From: Emiliania huxleyi CCMP1516 | Taxonomy: Eukaryota | NCBI RefSeq assembly: GCF_000372725.1 | Contig: NW_005201176.1 | Span: 1-64,000 of the forward strand | DNA: 64,000 nucleotides | Reading direction: 5' to 3' | In this document: in pieces, positions 26,089 to 38,251 of the stretch | Position numbering within the stretch: position 1 is the first letter of the stretch | Layout: every line of letters starts with the position of its first letter | Made by a program: the position numbers and the translations under genes | Notes under the pieces: model-generated | What the model was told of the DNA's origin: nothing | The model's database searches: none | Seen by the model: only the letters and a program-made list of their open reading frames with translations

Positions 26089-26892
26089 ATGATTGTTACT
26101 GAACTCGACCATCTCGAGAAAACACGCCGATTTCGCGAGCAGGAGCTGCAGCGCAAGCAGCTCCAGTTCTTCCTCGACCTGCTCAACTCATACAATACCC
26201 AGGCGACTCTCGTCACCGGCTTCGCCTTTACGGCCTTCTCGGCTGACGCGCTGCACGACCTCCCGTATGCGACCTCCCCCATCAAGTCGACCTTCTTCGC
26301 CTCCTTCTCCGCAATCGCGATGGGCACCGCCGTCTCCGTCGTCTGCATCTCCTCGTATCTGATGCAGCGGGTCGAGCGGCTCGCGCTGACCAACTCTGTC
26401 GGCTGCGCGCTGGCCGCCGTCAGGCAGCGCATGCCCACCATATACACCTTATACATCATCAGCCTGATCGGCCTCTTTGGCGCCGCCTCCTCGCTGCTCT
26501 TCGCCATGTGTGACGACGACGACGACGTATGCAGAGACGTGGGCATCACCGTCGTCGGACTCTTCATCACATGCACCGTCCTCGCCCTCTTTGTGCTCAA
26601 CCGCATCCGGACGCAGTTCGATCGGTACGGGCGCGGGAACCACTCGTGCTTCAACCTCGCAGTCGACCCCTCCTTCGAGGACACGCAGAGGCCGCGGCGG
26701 GCGGCGCCGAACCTCAAGACGGCGGGCCGTGCGGTCGAGGTGGCGCGAGAGAGGGGGCCGTCGCCGGCGAGCATCATGGCCGTGCAGTCGGTGGCCGCAG
26801 CTCGCAAAGGCCTGTCCCCCGTGAAGAGATCAGAGACGCAGCCGCTGCCAATCAGGTACGTCTTGCGGCGGGGGACGAGCGTGAGCTCGTGA
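26089..26892 (+). CDS. Four-TM protein of the Orai/PGG-like group
   Basis: TM1 NSYNTQATLVTGFAFTAF resembles Orai SALLSGFAM; three more hydrophobic helices; RLAL loop motif. Confidence 0.55.
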   Translation: MIVTELDHLEKTRRFREQELQRKQLQFFLDLLNSYNTQATLVTGFAFTAFSADALHDLPYATSPIKSTFFASFSAIAMGTAVSVVCISSYLMQRVERLALTNSVGCALAAVRQRMPTIYTLYIISLIGLFGAASSLLFAMCDDDDDVCRDVGITVVGLFITCTVLALFVLNRIRTQFDRYGRGNHSCFNLAVDPSFEDTQRPRRAAPNLKTAGRAVEVARERGPSPASIMAVQSVAAARKGLSPVKRSETQPLPIRYVLRRGTSVSS

Positions 26893-27589
26893 GTCGATCG
26901 TGAGGGGTTAGACAGCAAGCGAGAGAGAGAAAGAGAGCAGGTGTATTCTGTGCCCGTTGGACGTTGCGGCTTCTCTCAGCTTGCGCGGTGCACTTCTTTT
27001 ATTTGTAGTTTTCATGCGTAGTTTTCATGCGTACCTACCCACTAGTACGCACTAGCACGCTACCCTATCGTACCGTAAATTTGCGACACTGTCACTGAAA
27101 TCACCGTCTGGCATGTGCTCGCGACCCGGAGCGCACGCATAGCCCTCTGCCTCTCGAAAACAGACAGCCCAAGGGAGGGATGGGAGGACGGCACGCCGCC
27201 GCCACACAGGGTCAACAACTCTAACACTCACACTCACAGGGTCAGGGATTTTACGCGGCCCCCGGCGATGCATCGAGATCTGCGCCTTCTCAGCGGTCGT
27301 GGAGGGGAGGATGTGGGCGGTACGTGCGGACCGCGTGGTGCTCTGCGACGGTTTGACGAGTGCGACTCCCAGCGTCGACTTTGCGACCCCACGGAGCCTC
27401 TGCTGCTCCTGGGGGGGGGGGGGGGGACTACAGACCACACCCGGCCGAACTTCAGAGTGGCGGTGCTCCTCAAATACCGCTCAAACGCCCACGATGGTGT
27501 TCAGGGAACATATGCTGATGATCCTGGCCCGATTGGTTTGCTCAGAAAGCTTCTGGGCGGTCGTTAAGGTTCGCTCCCCGCACACCGGC

Positions 27590-28048
27590 CCGGAGCCTGG
27601 GTACCCTAGATGCCAAGCCGCACGTGCAGGCATGGAACAACGGCTCGAGGGACGCCGTTTCCTCCGTGCTGCGCTCGTTTGGCACCGTGCGCAGCCTCGT
27701 TGTCGGGGCCTACGCGGAGGCGTCGGACGACCTGCACCAGCTGTTCGACTGTGTGGTGGAGTCGGCATCCAAGCAGCACTGGAGGCGGATCGGCGCGCCT
27801 AGCGCGAAGGAGGCGCGGTCCTGTACTTCGCTACGACGCTGCGGCGGGCGTGGGGCGTGCACTTTGCGCGCGAGTTCGCGCGGCACCGCCTCCGACGCGT
27901 GGTGTTCGTGGGGGCCCCGCGGCGACAGCCGGGCAGGCCTCTCGCGACGGCCGATGGCGCCTGGCCAGCGCTGTCGGCGGGCGAGTTTGCGGCGCACGCG
28001 CTGCGCGTAGGCGGCGCGTGGGCGGGTGGCCCGCCCGGCCGTTGGTGA
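27590..28048 (+). mobile_element. 3' fragment of an RLE-type non-LTR retrotransposon (different family from 1-761)
   Basis: VLRSFGTVRSLVVGAYAEASDDLHQL then, after a frameshift, TLRRAWGVHFAREFARHRLRRV, resembling the C-terminus of RLE LINEs. Confidence 0.55.
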
Positions 28049-28615
28049 GCACCGGACGCGAGGGTCGGTCGGCTCCTAACTAGCTGTATGTAGTCGCGAA
28101 CTGCCGGCGTGCGTTTGATAGAGCTCACACTAGAGGCCGTCTCTCATCGCATTCGCCTTCGTGGGACCCAGCGCTGACTTCTGACTGTCGTTGCTGTTTC
28201 TCCCTTCTGACTGTCTGTGCATGTACGTCTTGGGTCCGGGGTTGTGTTTTTCTGTGAATAAGGTCGGGCCGAGCGAGGAGCCGAGCCAGCTTCTCGAGCC
28301 GAGCGAGCTGGATGGAGCCCGCCGGAGAGCCGCCGTGTGACACGTTCGAGTGCGCCGAGTACGTTGCTTGTGTCTAGTGTCTTTCCCTGTGTCCTGGTGT
28401 AACTCAGCCGTTCTATCATCGTTTCTGTTCGCGATGTGATATTCTGTTCGCAAACGGCTATCTCGGCCGTCGGCGGGGAGGCGGGGGGGACGACGCGCTG
28501 CGTTTCGTGTCGTCGCCGAAGAGATTATCATACGGTCGCGCACGCTTCCATCGCTGCCGCGCGAGTGAGCTTCCATCGCGCCGCGCGACCTCTGCGGAGG
28601 CCGTCAGCGGAACGA

Positions 28616-30226
28616 ATGTGTGGAGGAGGCAGCGCCGTCTTGCTCGGCGATTGCTATGTAACATGTGGCGTGCTCGGGGAGGGCGGCTTCGGGAGGGTGC
28701 TCATAGTCAAGCAGAGGGCAACGGGGCGGGTGCTGGCCCTCAAGATCATGCGCAAGCGGGCGCTGGCGTCAGGCGGACCGCTCGCGGTTGAGCAGGCACT
28801 TCGGGAGCGGGAGGTCCTCATCAAGCTGGCGAGGCAGCCGCACCCGTTCATCGTGCGCCTCCACCACGCCTTCCAGGATGTGGCAAACCTCTACCTCGCG
28901 ATGGACTACATCGGAGGGGGCGACATCTTCGACCTGCTGCAGCGCTACGGTCGGGTGCCGCTCTCGTATGCCGTCTTTGCGGGTGCGAGCTTATGTCTCG
29001 CGCTGGAGCACGTGCACAGCATGGGGGTTTTATACAGAGATCTCAAGCCCGAGAACGTCCTTGTCGCTATGAGCGGCCACCTCGTTCTCGCTGACTTTGG
29101 GCTGGCGAAGTGCCTTGTGTCACATGGCGATCGCACTACAACGCTGTGCGGCACCCCAGCCTACATGGCGCCAGAGATGCTGCGCGGCGAGGCATATGGC
29201 TGCGAGGTCGACTGGTGGGCCTTTGGCTGCGTGATGTACAACCTGATCGCCGGCCGCGACGCCTTTAGAGAGGACGCCATGGACAAGCTCATCTCGCGCG
29301 TCCGGCGCGGAGACTACGAGGGACACCGCCTCGACGGCGTCGAACACGCCGGCGAGCTCATTGGCGCTCTGCTGCAGACAAACATGGAGCAACGCATTGG
29401 CGCGAAAGGCCTGCGCGACCATCCGTTCTTTGCGCGCATCGACTTTGATCGCCTCGTCAGCAGGTCCCTGCGACCTCCGTGCATCCCATCTGCCGAGCTC
29501 ACGGAGCTCGATACGGAGCGAGGAAAGAGCGTTCACGTCTCGCGTTCACCCGGCCGGGGCGAGCTTCCTGGGCTGGAGGCGCGCCTCGATGCCGCGTTTA
29601 GCGCGTGGAGCGTCACGGATGCGGCCGGCTCGTCGGGAGCGACGTCGCCACGGGACAGCGGCACCCACGGAGGGGGGGGGTCCTCCTCTCTGGCCGCGCC
29701 CGCCGACGAGGCATCGGAGGAGATGTGGGGCTGGGGCGCGCCCCCCGAAGACGGAACGGTGTCTCCCGAGAGGCTCTCCCCGCCCGCTCGGCGGTGGCCA
29801 GGAGGCATGGCTGTCGACCCGACACCGGCGCTCCCTCCGCCTCTCGCCGAGACGGCCGCCCCTCTCCAGCCGACGACCGACGCCTCCCGTGCAGCGCTGC
29901 GAGCGGTGTCGATACGTGCGCGGGAGGCGAGGGAGCGCTCGCTCCTGACACGAAGGTCTCGCCAACCCTCCTCCATCAAGCGCGACGGTGACCTGCCCAG
30001 CACCTGGTCCGCCGACTCTGTCGCGACCCCCGTCGACATGCAGCGAGAGCTCGCGCCCGCGCTGCGCAGATGGCGCGAGCGATTCGTGATCCTGTACAAC
30101 ATGGCACCGACCCGCGACCATGCGCGAGCGCAGATTGACGAGATCATTGGCGAGTTGATCCCAGACACTGCAGGTGGCATTGTCCAAGGCGGGTTGAATC
30201 ACCTTACCCTGCAGAATTCGGTGTAG
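28616..30226 (+). CDS. AGC-group Ser/Thr protein kinase
   Basis: LGEGGFGRV, ALKIMRK, HPFIVRLHHAFQD, YRDLKPEN, DFG, TLCGTPAYMAPE, VDWWAFG, HPFF..IDF. Confidence 0.93.
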   Translation: MCGGGSAVLLGDCYVTCGVLGEGGFGRVLIVKQRATGRVLALKIMRKRALASGGPLAVEQALREREVLIKLARQPHPFIVRLHHAFQDVANLYLAMDYIGGGDIFDLLQRYGRVPLSYAVFAGASLCLALEHVHSMGVLYRDLKPENVLVAMSGHLVLADFGLAKCLVSHGDRTTTLCGTPAYMAPEMLRGEAYGCEVDWWAFGCVMYNLIAGRDAFREDAMDKLISRVRRGDYEGHRLDGVEHAGELIGALLQTNMEQRIGAKGLRDHPFFARIDFDRLVSRSLRPPCIPSAELTELDTERGKSVHVSRSPGRGELPGLEARLDAAFSAWSVTDAAGSSGATSPRDSGTHGGGGSSSLAAPADEASEEMWGWGAPPEDGTVSPERLSPPARRWPGGMAVDPTPALPPPLAETAAPLQPTTDASRAALRAVSIRAREARERSLLTRRSRQPSSIKRDGDLPSTWSADSVATPVDMQRELAPALRRWRERFVILYNMAPTRDHARAQIDEIIGELIPDTAGGIVQGGLNHLTLQNSV

Positions 30227-30299
30227 AGGCGGAGGCAGCGGTGGGCGAGATAATTTCTTTTTTTGCCATGGAGCGGCGGAGTGTGTTACACTGACTGAA

Positions 30300-31527
30300 A
30301 TGCCGACTGCTCCGGGCAACGCCTCGGCCGCGCCGTCTTCGGTGCACGGCATCTCTTACGACTACTACGGCCGGCGCGTGGCGACCTGCTCCTCCGACGG
30401 GATGATCTGCGTCTACGACGAGGCGGGCCACAAGACGGGCGAGTGGCGAGCGCACAACGGCAGCTGCTTCCGCGTGGTGTGGGCCCACCCGGAGTTTGGG
30501 CCGGTGCTCGCGAGCTGCTCCTTCGACCGCAAGGTGTGCGTGTGGGAGGAGGCCTCCGACGCCGAGGACCCGGCGCCGCACCCGCGTCCGGCGGGCGGCT
30601 GGCGGCTCGCAGCCGAGCTGCAGCAGGCGCGCGACTCGCTGCACGACGTCGCGTTCGCGCCGCACGTGCACGGGCTCTGGCTGGCGAGCTGCGGCGACGA
30701 CCGCCTCGTCCGCGTGTACGAGGCGCCCGACGTGATGCGCCTGAGCGAGTGGCTCGCCTCGGCCGAGTTTGAGGCGAGTGGAGAGACAAAGGCGCGCGCG
30801 GCAGAGGCGCCGGGGCAGCGCGGCGCGGCGCCGCAGTGCCTGGCGTGGAACCCGTCGCACGTCGAGCCGATGGCGCTCGCGCTCGGCTTGGCGGACGGCT
30901 CCGTCCACGTGTGGGGTGTGAGCGAGCGCGCCGGCTCGTGGGTGCGAGATTACGCCGAGATTACCCGAGATTACCCGAGATTACCCGAGCCGTGCGCCGG
31001 GCTAGAGAGCACAGCGAGCACGGGCGGGAGGGCCCTCTGTGAGCCTCGCCGCTAGACGCCTCGCCAGGCCAAGGCCGCGCCGTGCGTGACACGAGGGCGG
31101 CGCGCCTCCGCCCCCCGCGTAGGCGCGCCTCCTCGTGCTCGAGCCTCGCTCCCCCGGCCGGCCCGGCCTCGCGCCCTACCCGCTCGCTCACTCGGACTGC
31201 GTGCGCGGCCTCTCCTGGGCGCCTGACGTCGGCCGGTCGCACCACCTCCTCGCCACCGCCTCGCGGGACCGCTCCGTCAAGCTGTGGAAGCTGCGAGTCG
31301 CCGCGGCCGAGCCGGAGGCGGCGAGGGACGGCGGCGCGGCCGGAGGCGCCTCCGATCCGCGCTGGAGCGGCGAGTGCTCTGCCGAGCTCGCGCACGAGGG
31401 GCAGGTTTGGCGGGTGGAGTGGAACGCGTGCGGCTCGATGCTCGCCGTCGCGGTCGACGAGGGGAGGGTGCACGTGTACAGCCGCGACGAGGCGGGGGAC
31501 TGGCAGCGCGAGCCAGGCGCCGGCTGA
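30300..31527 (+). CDS. SEH1: Nucleoporin / GATOR2 subunit SEH1 (WD40)
   Basis: YDYYGRRVATCSSD, WAHPEFGPVLASCSFDR..VWEE, YEAPDVMRLSEW, WAPDVGRSHHLLATASRD, VWRVEWN; one intron ~30941-31121 with ccgagatta repeats. Confidence 0.88.
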
Positions 31528-31926
31528 GCATGCGTTCAGAGTAAAGTACCACCGAGGGGCCGGCCGGCGCGGTGGAGTCTCGGTGGAGGCAGTGGCTGCA
31601 CTGGCACTGGGGTGCTCGGTAGCGGAGTCGTGTGTGCTTCGGCGGCTCCTTTTACGTACGATCTCGCTCTGCGGCGGTGCAAATGACCTCAACCTCATTC
31701 TCTACACGTGTCATTCATAGAGCTGCGGGCAGCTGCTCTGACAGACTGAAACCACACCGTGCTCTCTGACAGAGGCCCCGGCCACAATAAATGTTCGGAC
31801 TCGTCGGGAGCGGCACAGACGTCTTGGACATTGGAGTTCTCGAAATTGCAAAATATCGCGCGCCGTGCCCCAAGCCCATGCCCGCCGAGGGGCGAGTGCT
31901 AAGTTTCGGCTCTGTTGAGGCACGCG

Positions 31927-32496
31927 TCAAGGCTGCGCCGGCGTCCCTGCCGTATCAGCCGCCGAGCTGCCCGGTCTGGACTCGAGCTGTTCCTGCTCGG
32001 CCGCCGCAGCCGCCTTGGCCGCCGCCGCAGCCGCCACCGCCTCGCGCTCTGCCTCCCACCGCACGGCCTCGGCCTCCCTCGCCCGCACGCGCGCAGTAGC
32101 ATGGTGCTCGCGCGCCGCGCGCTCCTCGTCGCTCTCATTGGCGAGCCTGTTGAGCCTGCGCGACTTCTGCAGCAGCATTGGCTTGAGCGTCTCCGCCTCC
32201 CCACGCGCAACCAGGTAGGACGCGTAGGAGGGCTTGCACGTCACAACCGCGCCGGCCTCGCCCTTGCCGTCTACGGAGCGACGCAGCCGGACGGCCACAT
32301 CCTTGCTGCCGGCCGAGACGAAGTTGTGTCGTGGGCTGCCCGCCATCGCCTCCTCGGCAAGCTGCCGCCGCTTCTTGGCAAAGCCAGCGCGCCCCTTGAG
32401 CTTCATTAGCGCGGGCGGCGCTCTGGAGGCGGCGACGGCGTAAGGCGCGGGCGGGACGACGAAGGACAGCAGCAGCGCGGCAGCGACGAGGTGCAT
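31927..32496 (-). CDS. Putative plastid-targeted protein with a ribosomal L9 N-terminal-like domain
   Basis: Signal-like MHLVAAALLLSF; VRLRRSVDGKGEAGAVVTCKPSYASYLVARGEA resembles L9-N, followed by a helical linker; no evident L9-C. Confidence 0.55.
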   Translation of the reverse strand: MHLVAAALLLSFVVPPAPYAVAASRAPPALMKLKGRAGFAKKRRQLAEEAMAGSPRHNFVSAGSKDVAVRLRRSVDGKGEAGAVVTCKPSYASYLVARGEAETLKPMLLQKSRRLNRLANESDEERAAREHHATARVRAREAEAVRWEAEREAVAAAAAAKAAAAAEQEQLESRPGSSAADTAGTPAQP

Positions 32497-32963
32497 CAAG
32501 CAAGCTCCCTCGCACAGCACGGGACTGGGCACGGGACTGGCGCGCACTGGCACTAACACAGGTACACCACGGGAGCCGCCTAAAAGCAAGGCGCAGCTCC
32601 GTGGTCATGCATAGGCTCTCGCTAGAGCTCTCACACATTCACACCTGCTCTCCGACTGTCTGCTATAGCCGCAGCCACTCCCAGCTGCTCGGTGTGAACA
32701 GAGTTCGTACACCGAGCAGAGCTCCGCAACTCGCGAGATCCCTCGAGAGTTCACGCGGAGTCGGCTGGGGCTATACCAGACAGGCTCTCCGATGTGAAGA
32801 ATGACCGCGTAAAAAAAAGCTCTCCTCACTCAGGGGGTTCACAGCTACCGAGTTCCTAGAGTCTAGCTGCCACATTCAAACCAGGACGGCGACAGTGATG
32901 GTGCTATCACGGGCATGATCAGTGGAAAGACGAAAGTGGAGCGGGGGGGGTGTTGGCCTGTAC

Positions 32964-33395
32964 TAGGCTGTACCCATGTTTCCGGAAACCAAAAAGGAAA
33001 CGAGAGGGTCCCCAGCACTTTTCGTTTCCGGAAATTTCTAGGGAAACCAGAGGGTGTTTGGTGCTCCATTCTGGCAACTCTCGAGTTTCCCTGTGTCTGA
33101 GAGCTGGTCTGGGCCAAAATCTGAGGCGAAACCGAGGAAACCGGCAAAATACCGGGTATTTTCCAGGTATACCCAGGGTTTTCCAGGTACCCGCAAAATA
33201 CCCGGTATTTTGCCGAGCGAGTCGGCTGATTTTGGGCCCAAACCAGCCTCAGACTCGGCTCAGTCCTCAGAGCCCGTGAAATTGACGATTTTCGCGGAGT
33301 TTCCTCGGGAAACTAGAGAGGAAACGAGAGGGTGCTGTAGAGAAACACGGAAAGGAAACGAGACGGGGTGAGCGAGGAAACATGGGTACAGCCTA
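32964..33395. mobile_element. MITE with 20-bp perfect inverted ends including TA
   Basis: taggctgtacccatgtttcc / ggaaacatgggtacagccta; non-coding interior rich in ggaaa/tttcc; TA may be the TSD. Confidence 0.8.
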
Positions 33396-34067
33396 AGGGG
33401 GGTGAGCGTCAGCCAGCCACAGGTACGGGATAGTAGAGCAGGCGCTTTGTGGGTGGCGGTGGGCGGCGGCGCTGGGGGGGAATCGTTAGCTGAGCTCCTC
33501 CCTCAAGGTCAAGCTCGATCACGCATGACGCACGTTGAGTGACAACGTCGGGCGAGCTTCTGGATCAGGTTAGGTTGCCGGAGCACCCATGGCTGCACCT
33601 CCAACTCCTCCTCTGAGTCAGACACGACAATGTCAACTGCGCACTCCTCCTCCCATTCGTTGACTGCGCCCTCCTCCTCCAAATTCGCCGGCTGCGCCCT
33701 CCTCTGCGCCGCGGTCAATAAACGAGTTTGCGCGGAGCTTGAACAGAAGCGCGTGCCGCCCCCGGCAGACCTCCGAAGGGCGTAGGCGATGGCAACCTCG
33801 GGGGGTAGGGGGGGGTATCGCGGATGCATTCGCCGAAAGGTTGTGAGCAATCGAGCTGTAGCCGAGCTGTAGCCGAAGAGAGAGAGAGGCGTTGGAGAGA
33901 TGTGTAGCTGAGACGGGAGACGGCGACCTCGAGGCTGCTGGTGGGAGATAATAGGCAAGGGAGATATGGGGAGATATGACCTCGAGGCTGCTGGTGGTAC
34001 TCATCAGCGCGAACTCTGTCCCCAGCTAAGTCAGACGGCATCTCGCTATTGCTGACGAGGTGCAATC

Positions 34068-37000
34068 TCAGGGAGCGTCGATGCAGTCCGGCTCGGAGTA
34101 TCCATTGAAGAAAAAAGTACGGCCGTAGAATCCGTCTGCTGAGGGGCCAACCTTGAAGGTGAACTCGAAGCCCTCGCTCGCAACGAAGCTGAAACAGGCG
34201 AACTTTGGCACCGTCCAACGGAATGGCTACATCAGAGGGGGCGGGGGGGGGGGGGTCAGGGTGCGATTCGAATGCTCGGAGGTGTTCGCAGAGAGTGGCA
34301 AGAAGCAAGACGGCGAACCTGGCCCCGCAGCCTCTCCGGGTCTTCGATATCTGGGTACACGCCAGTTGCTGGCTCGGATGAGCCGCCTGCGCAGGTAGTC
34401 ACGTCCTGGACGCCGATCGGGGGGCGGTTCTGCTTGTCGGATGCGGGGGATAGCCCGTTGTCTGGGCACCGGTCGTACATCGTGCAGTCAGCCATCAAGA
34501 TATCGTGTATATTCTTGGGGTTATCTTGCCCCGTGCCCATCATCAAGGCCTTGACCTCGACGCAGGTTTGGTTGCCGGTGCCGGTGTTTGTGAACTGTAG
34601 GTACTCGTCGGTGCCAATGTTAGGACACAGCCCCCGTTCAATCCCGCGCAGCGACTTGCCGTGAGTGAACCAGTCGGTGACATTGCAGGCGCGCAGCTCC
34701 TCTTGCAGCGTGTCATTCACGCCATTGTCAAAGTCAAAGATGCAGACGTGGCCCTCTGCAGGTCTATGGTCCCCACCCACTCCGTCGAGGGGCTGGGGGT
34801 CGTTCGTGCCCGGCCTAAGTTGGAGAGCGGGCCTGGCGGTGAAGGCACATGTCTGGCAGCGGTTTGCAACTCTCAATGCTGCATCTAAGGTCGCCTAGCC
34901 TGTACGCGCGTAGCGCAAACATCGTTTGGGTATTTGCAGCCATGCTGACGCTCGCCAACTCGGAGCTCTGTGGCGGGTAGGGGGTGGGGGGGGGAGGGGG
35001 GGTGGTGGGAGGTCGTATGGTGGGATGAAGCAATGGGAATGTGTCTATGCGCCTCAGGGTTGACGCGACCGTTGTCCTGCGATGTCCACGGCTTGTAACT
35101 AGACGTATTTGTCAGAGCGACGTCGAAGGGAACGCCGTTAGATCCTTCGACTGTGCCGTCAAAGAAGAGGCCGGCACCCTCGAAACGGATCTCGGGCAGC
35201 GGTGGTCCCCCATATGGACCCTGGGATAAGCCATCGCCGACACACATGCAGCCGCAACCGCAAGGGGCTTCCTGCAGTGCGTCGGGACAGTGCCGACCCA
35301 CATTCGAGTGCGGCCCGACAGTGCACGTGACGTCATCGCCAGGGTAGAAGCCGAGATTGTTATAGCTCACGTTGGAGCTGCCAAAGGTGATGAGCATACC
35401 AAAGGGTATCTTACCCTCCTCGCAGTAAGAAGAGGTTGGGACCGGCGGCGGAGACAGCGGTGGCGAGGAGGGGGGCGGCGGCGATGGCGCAACCGTCTCG
35501 CAAAAGCGAAAAGTAATGGCACCGTCGTTTAGACATCGCCCATCATCCGTCATCTCGCAACGATCGCAGCCTTGCGCAGATGAGCAGGGGGCGTAACCGG
35601 GTGCGCCCACCACATCGACAGGTCCGAGCTCAAGATAGTAGCTGTGGCAGACACTGGCATCGGCGGGTGGGGCGGTCTGCTGGTAGCACCACTGCTCATT
35701 ATCTGCGCCTGCGAAACCAAGCAGCCGGGTCATGTTTGCCATATCGGAGGATGGCATACAAGGAGGTGGGCTCGGTGGCGGTGATGAGGGCGGTGGCGGC
35801 AGAGGCGGCAGCAGAGGCGGGGAGGCGGGCGGCAAGCAGCCGGACACCGCTGTGCCGCTGCACTTGCTGCTGCCGTCCTTTGGCCCCCAGCACAGCCGGA
35901 CCACGCCAGCCGCCTCGTCCTTCCAGGAGAAGTAGGACGAGCAGCTGCTGGCGTCCGCCTTGCTGCAGCCGGTGTCCATCAAGGTCCGCCCAACCATGTC
36001 GCCGCAGCTGGGCGGCGAGGAGGGCGGCGGCATAAGAGGCTGCGGCGACGGCGGCGGTGAGGACGGCGGTGGGGCCGATGGCGGCGGGCTGGCCGGAGGC
36101 GGCGACACGGGCGGTGGCGGCAGAGGCGGCAACAGCGGCGGGGAGGCGGGCGGCAAGCAGCCATAAGCGAGCGACCTCGTGCACTGGCTGCTGCCGTCCT
36201 CCGGGCCTCGGCACAGCCGGACCACGCCAGCCGCCTCGTCCTTCCAGGAGAAGTAGGACGAGCAGCTGCTGGCGTCCGCCTTGCTGCAGGAGGTGTCAAT
36301 CAAGGTCCGCCCAACCGTGTCGCCGCAGCTGGGCGGCGAGGAGGGCGGCGGCATAAGAGGCTGCGGCGACGGCGGCGGTGAGGACGGCGGTGGGGCCGAT
36401 GGCGGCGGGCTGGCCGGAGGCGGCGACACGGGCGGTGGCGGCAGAGGCGGCAACAGCGGCGGGGAGGCGGGCGGCAAGCAGCCATAAGCGAGCGACCTGG
36501 TGCACTGGCTGCTGCCGTCCTTTGGCCCCCAGCACAGCCGGACCACGCCAGCCGCCTCGTCCTTCCAGGAGAAGTAGGACGAGCAGCTGCTGGCGTCCGC
36601 CTTGCTGCAGCCGGTGTCAATCAAGGTCCGCCCAACCGTGTCGCCGCAGCTGGGCGGCGAGGAGGGCGGCGGCGTGAGAGGCTGCGGTGACGGCGGCGGT
36701 GAGGACGGCGGTGGGGCCGTTGGCGGCGGGCCGGCTGGAGGCGGCGACACTGGCGGTGGCGGCAGAGGCGGCAGCAGAGGCGGGGAGGCGGGCGGCAAGC
36801 AGCCATAAGCGAGCGACCTGGTGCACTGGCTGCTGCCGTCCTCTGGGCCTCGGCACAGCCGGACCACGCCAGCCGCCTCGTCCTTCCAGGAGAAGTAGGA
36901 CGAGCAGCTGCTGGCGTCCGCCTTGCTGCAGCCGGTGTCAATCAAGGTCCGCCCAACCGTGTCGCCGCAGCTGGGCGGCGAGGAGGGCGGCGGCGTGAGA

Positions 37001-38219
37001 GGCTGCGGCGACGGCGGCGGTGAGGACGGCGGTGGGGCCGTTGGCGGCGGGCCGGCTGGAGGCGGCGACACTGGCGGTGGCGGCAGAGGCGGCAGCAGAG
37101 GCGGGGAGGCGGGCGGCAAGCAGCCATAAGCGAGCGACCTGGTGCACTGGCTGCTGCCGTCATTTGGCCCCCAGCACAGCCGGACCACGCCAGCCGCCTC
37201 GTCCTTCCAGGAGAAGTAGGACGAGCAGCTGCTGGCGTCCGCCTTGCTGCAGCCGGTGTCAATCAAGGTCCGCCCAACCGTGTCGCCGCAGCTGGGCGGC
37301 GAGGAGGGCGGCGGCGTGAGAGGCTGCGGCGACGGCGGCGGCGAGGACGGCGGTGGGGCCGTTGGCGGCGGGCCGGCTGGAGGCGGCGACACTGGCGGTG
37401 GCGGCAGAGGCGGCAGCAGAGGCGGGGAGGCGGGCGGCAAGCAGCCATAAGCGAGCGACCTGGTGCACTGGCTGCTGCCGTCCTCCGGGCCTCGGCACAG
37501 CCGGACCACGCCAGCCGCCTCGTCCTTCCAGGAGAAGTAGGACGAGCAGCTGCTGGCGTCCGCCTTGCTGCAGCCGGTGTCAATCAAGGTCCGCCCAACC
37601 GTGTCGCCGCAGCTGGGCGGCGAGGAGGGCGGCGGCATGAGAGGCTGCGGCGACGGCGGCGGTGAGGACGGCGGTGGGGCCGATGGCGGCGGGCCGGCTG
37701 GAGGCGGCGACACGGGCGGTGGCGGCAGCGGCGGCAACAAAGGCGGCAACAAAGGCGGTGAGGGCGGCGGCGGCGAGGGCGGCGGCGGTGAGGGCGGCGG
37801 CGGCGAGGGCGGCGGCGGCGAAGGCGGCGGCGGTGAGGGCGGTGGGTACGGCGGATATGGGGGCGATGGCGGCGCTGACGGCGGACTCGGCGACGCAGGC
37901 GGCGAGGGAGGCGAGGGTGGCGGTGGGGACGGCGGAGGAGGTGAGGGCGGCGGCGAGGGCGGCGGTGGCGAAGGCGGCGGCGGAGATGGTGGAGGCGGCG
38001 AGGGCGGCGGCGGCGAGGGCGGTGGTGAGGGCGGCGGCGGCGAGGGAGGAGGCGGCGAGGGAGGCGGGCTCGGCGGCGGCGGTAAGGGAGGCGGTGGCGA
38101 CGGAGGTGGCGGTGAGGGCGGGGGCGGCGACGGCGGCGGCGAGGGCGGCGGTGGTGAGGGCCGTGGCGGGGGCGATGGGGGTGATGGCGGGGGTGATGGG
38201 GGCGGCGGCGACTCCATCT

Positions 38220-38251
<32 letters not shown>

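Noticed and set aside
33420..34060. Short ORFs between the MITE and the end of the giant gene
   Set aside because: No recognisable motifs; partly microrepeat filler.
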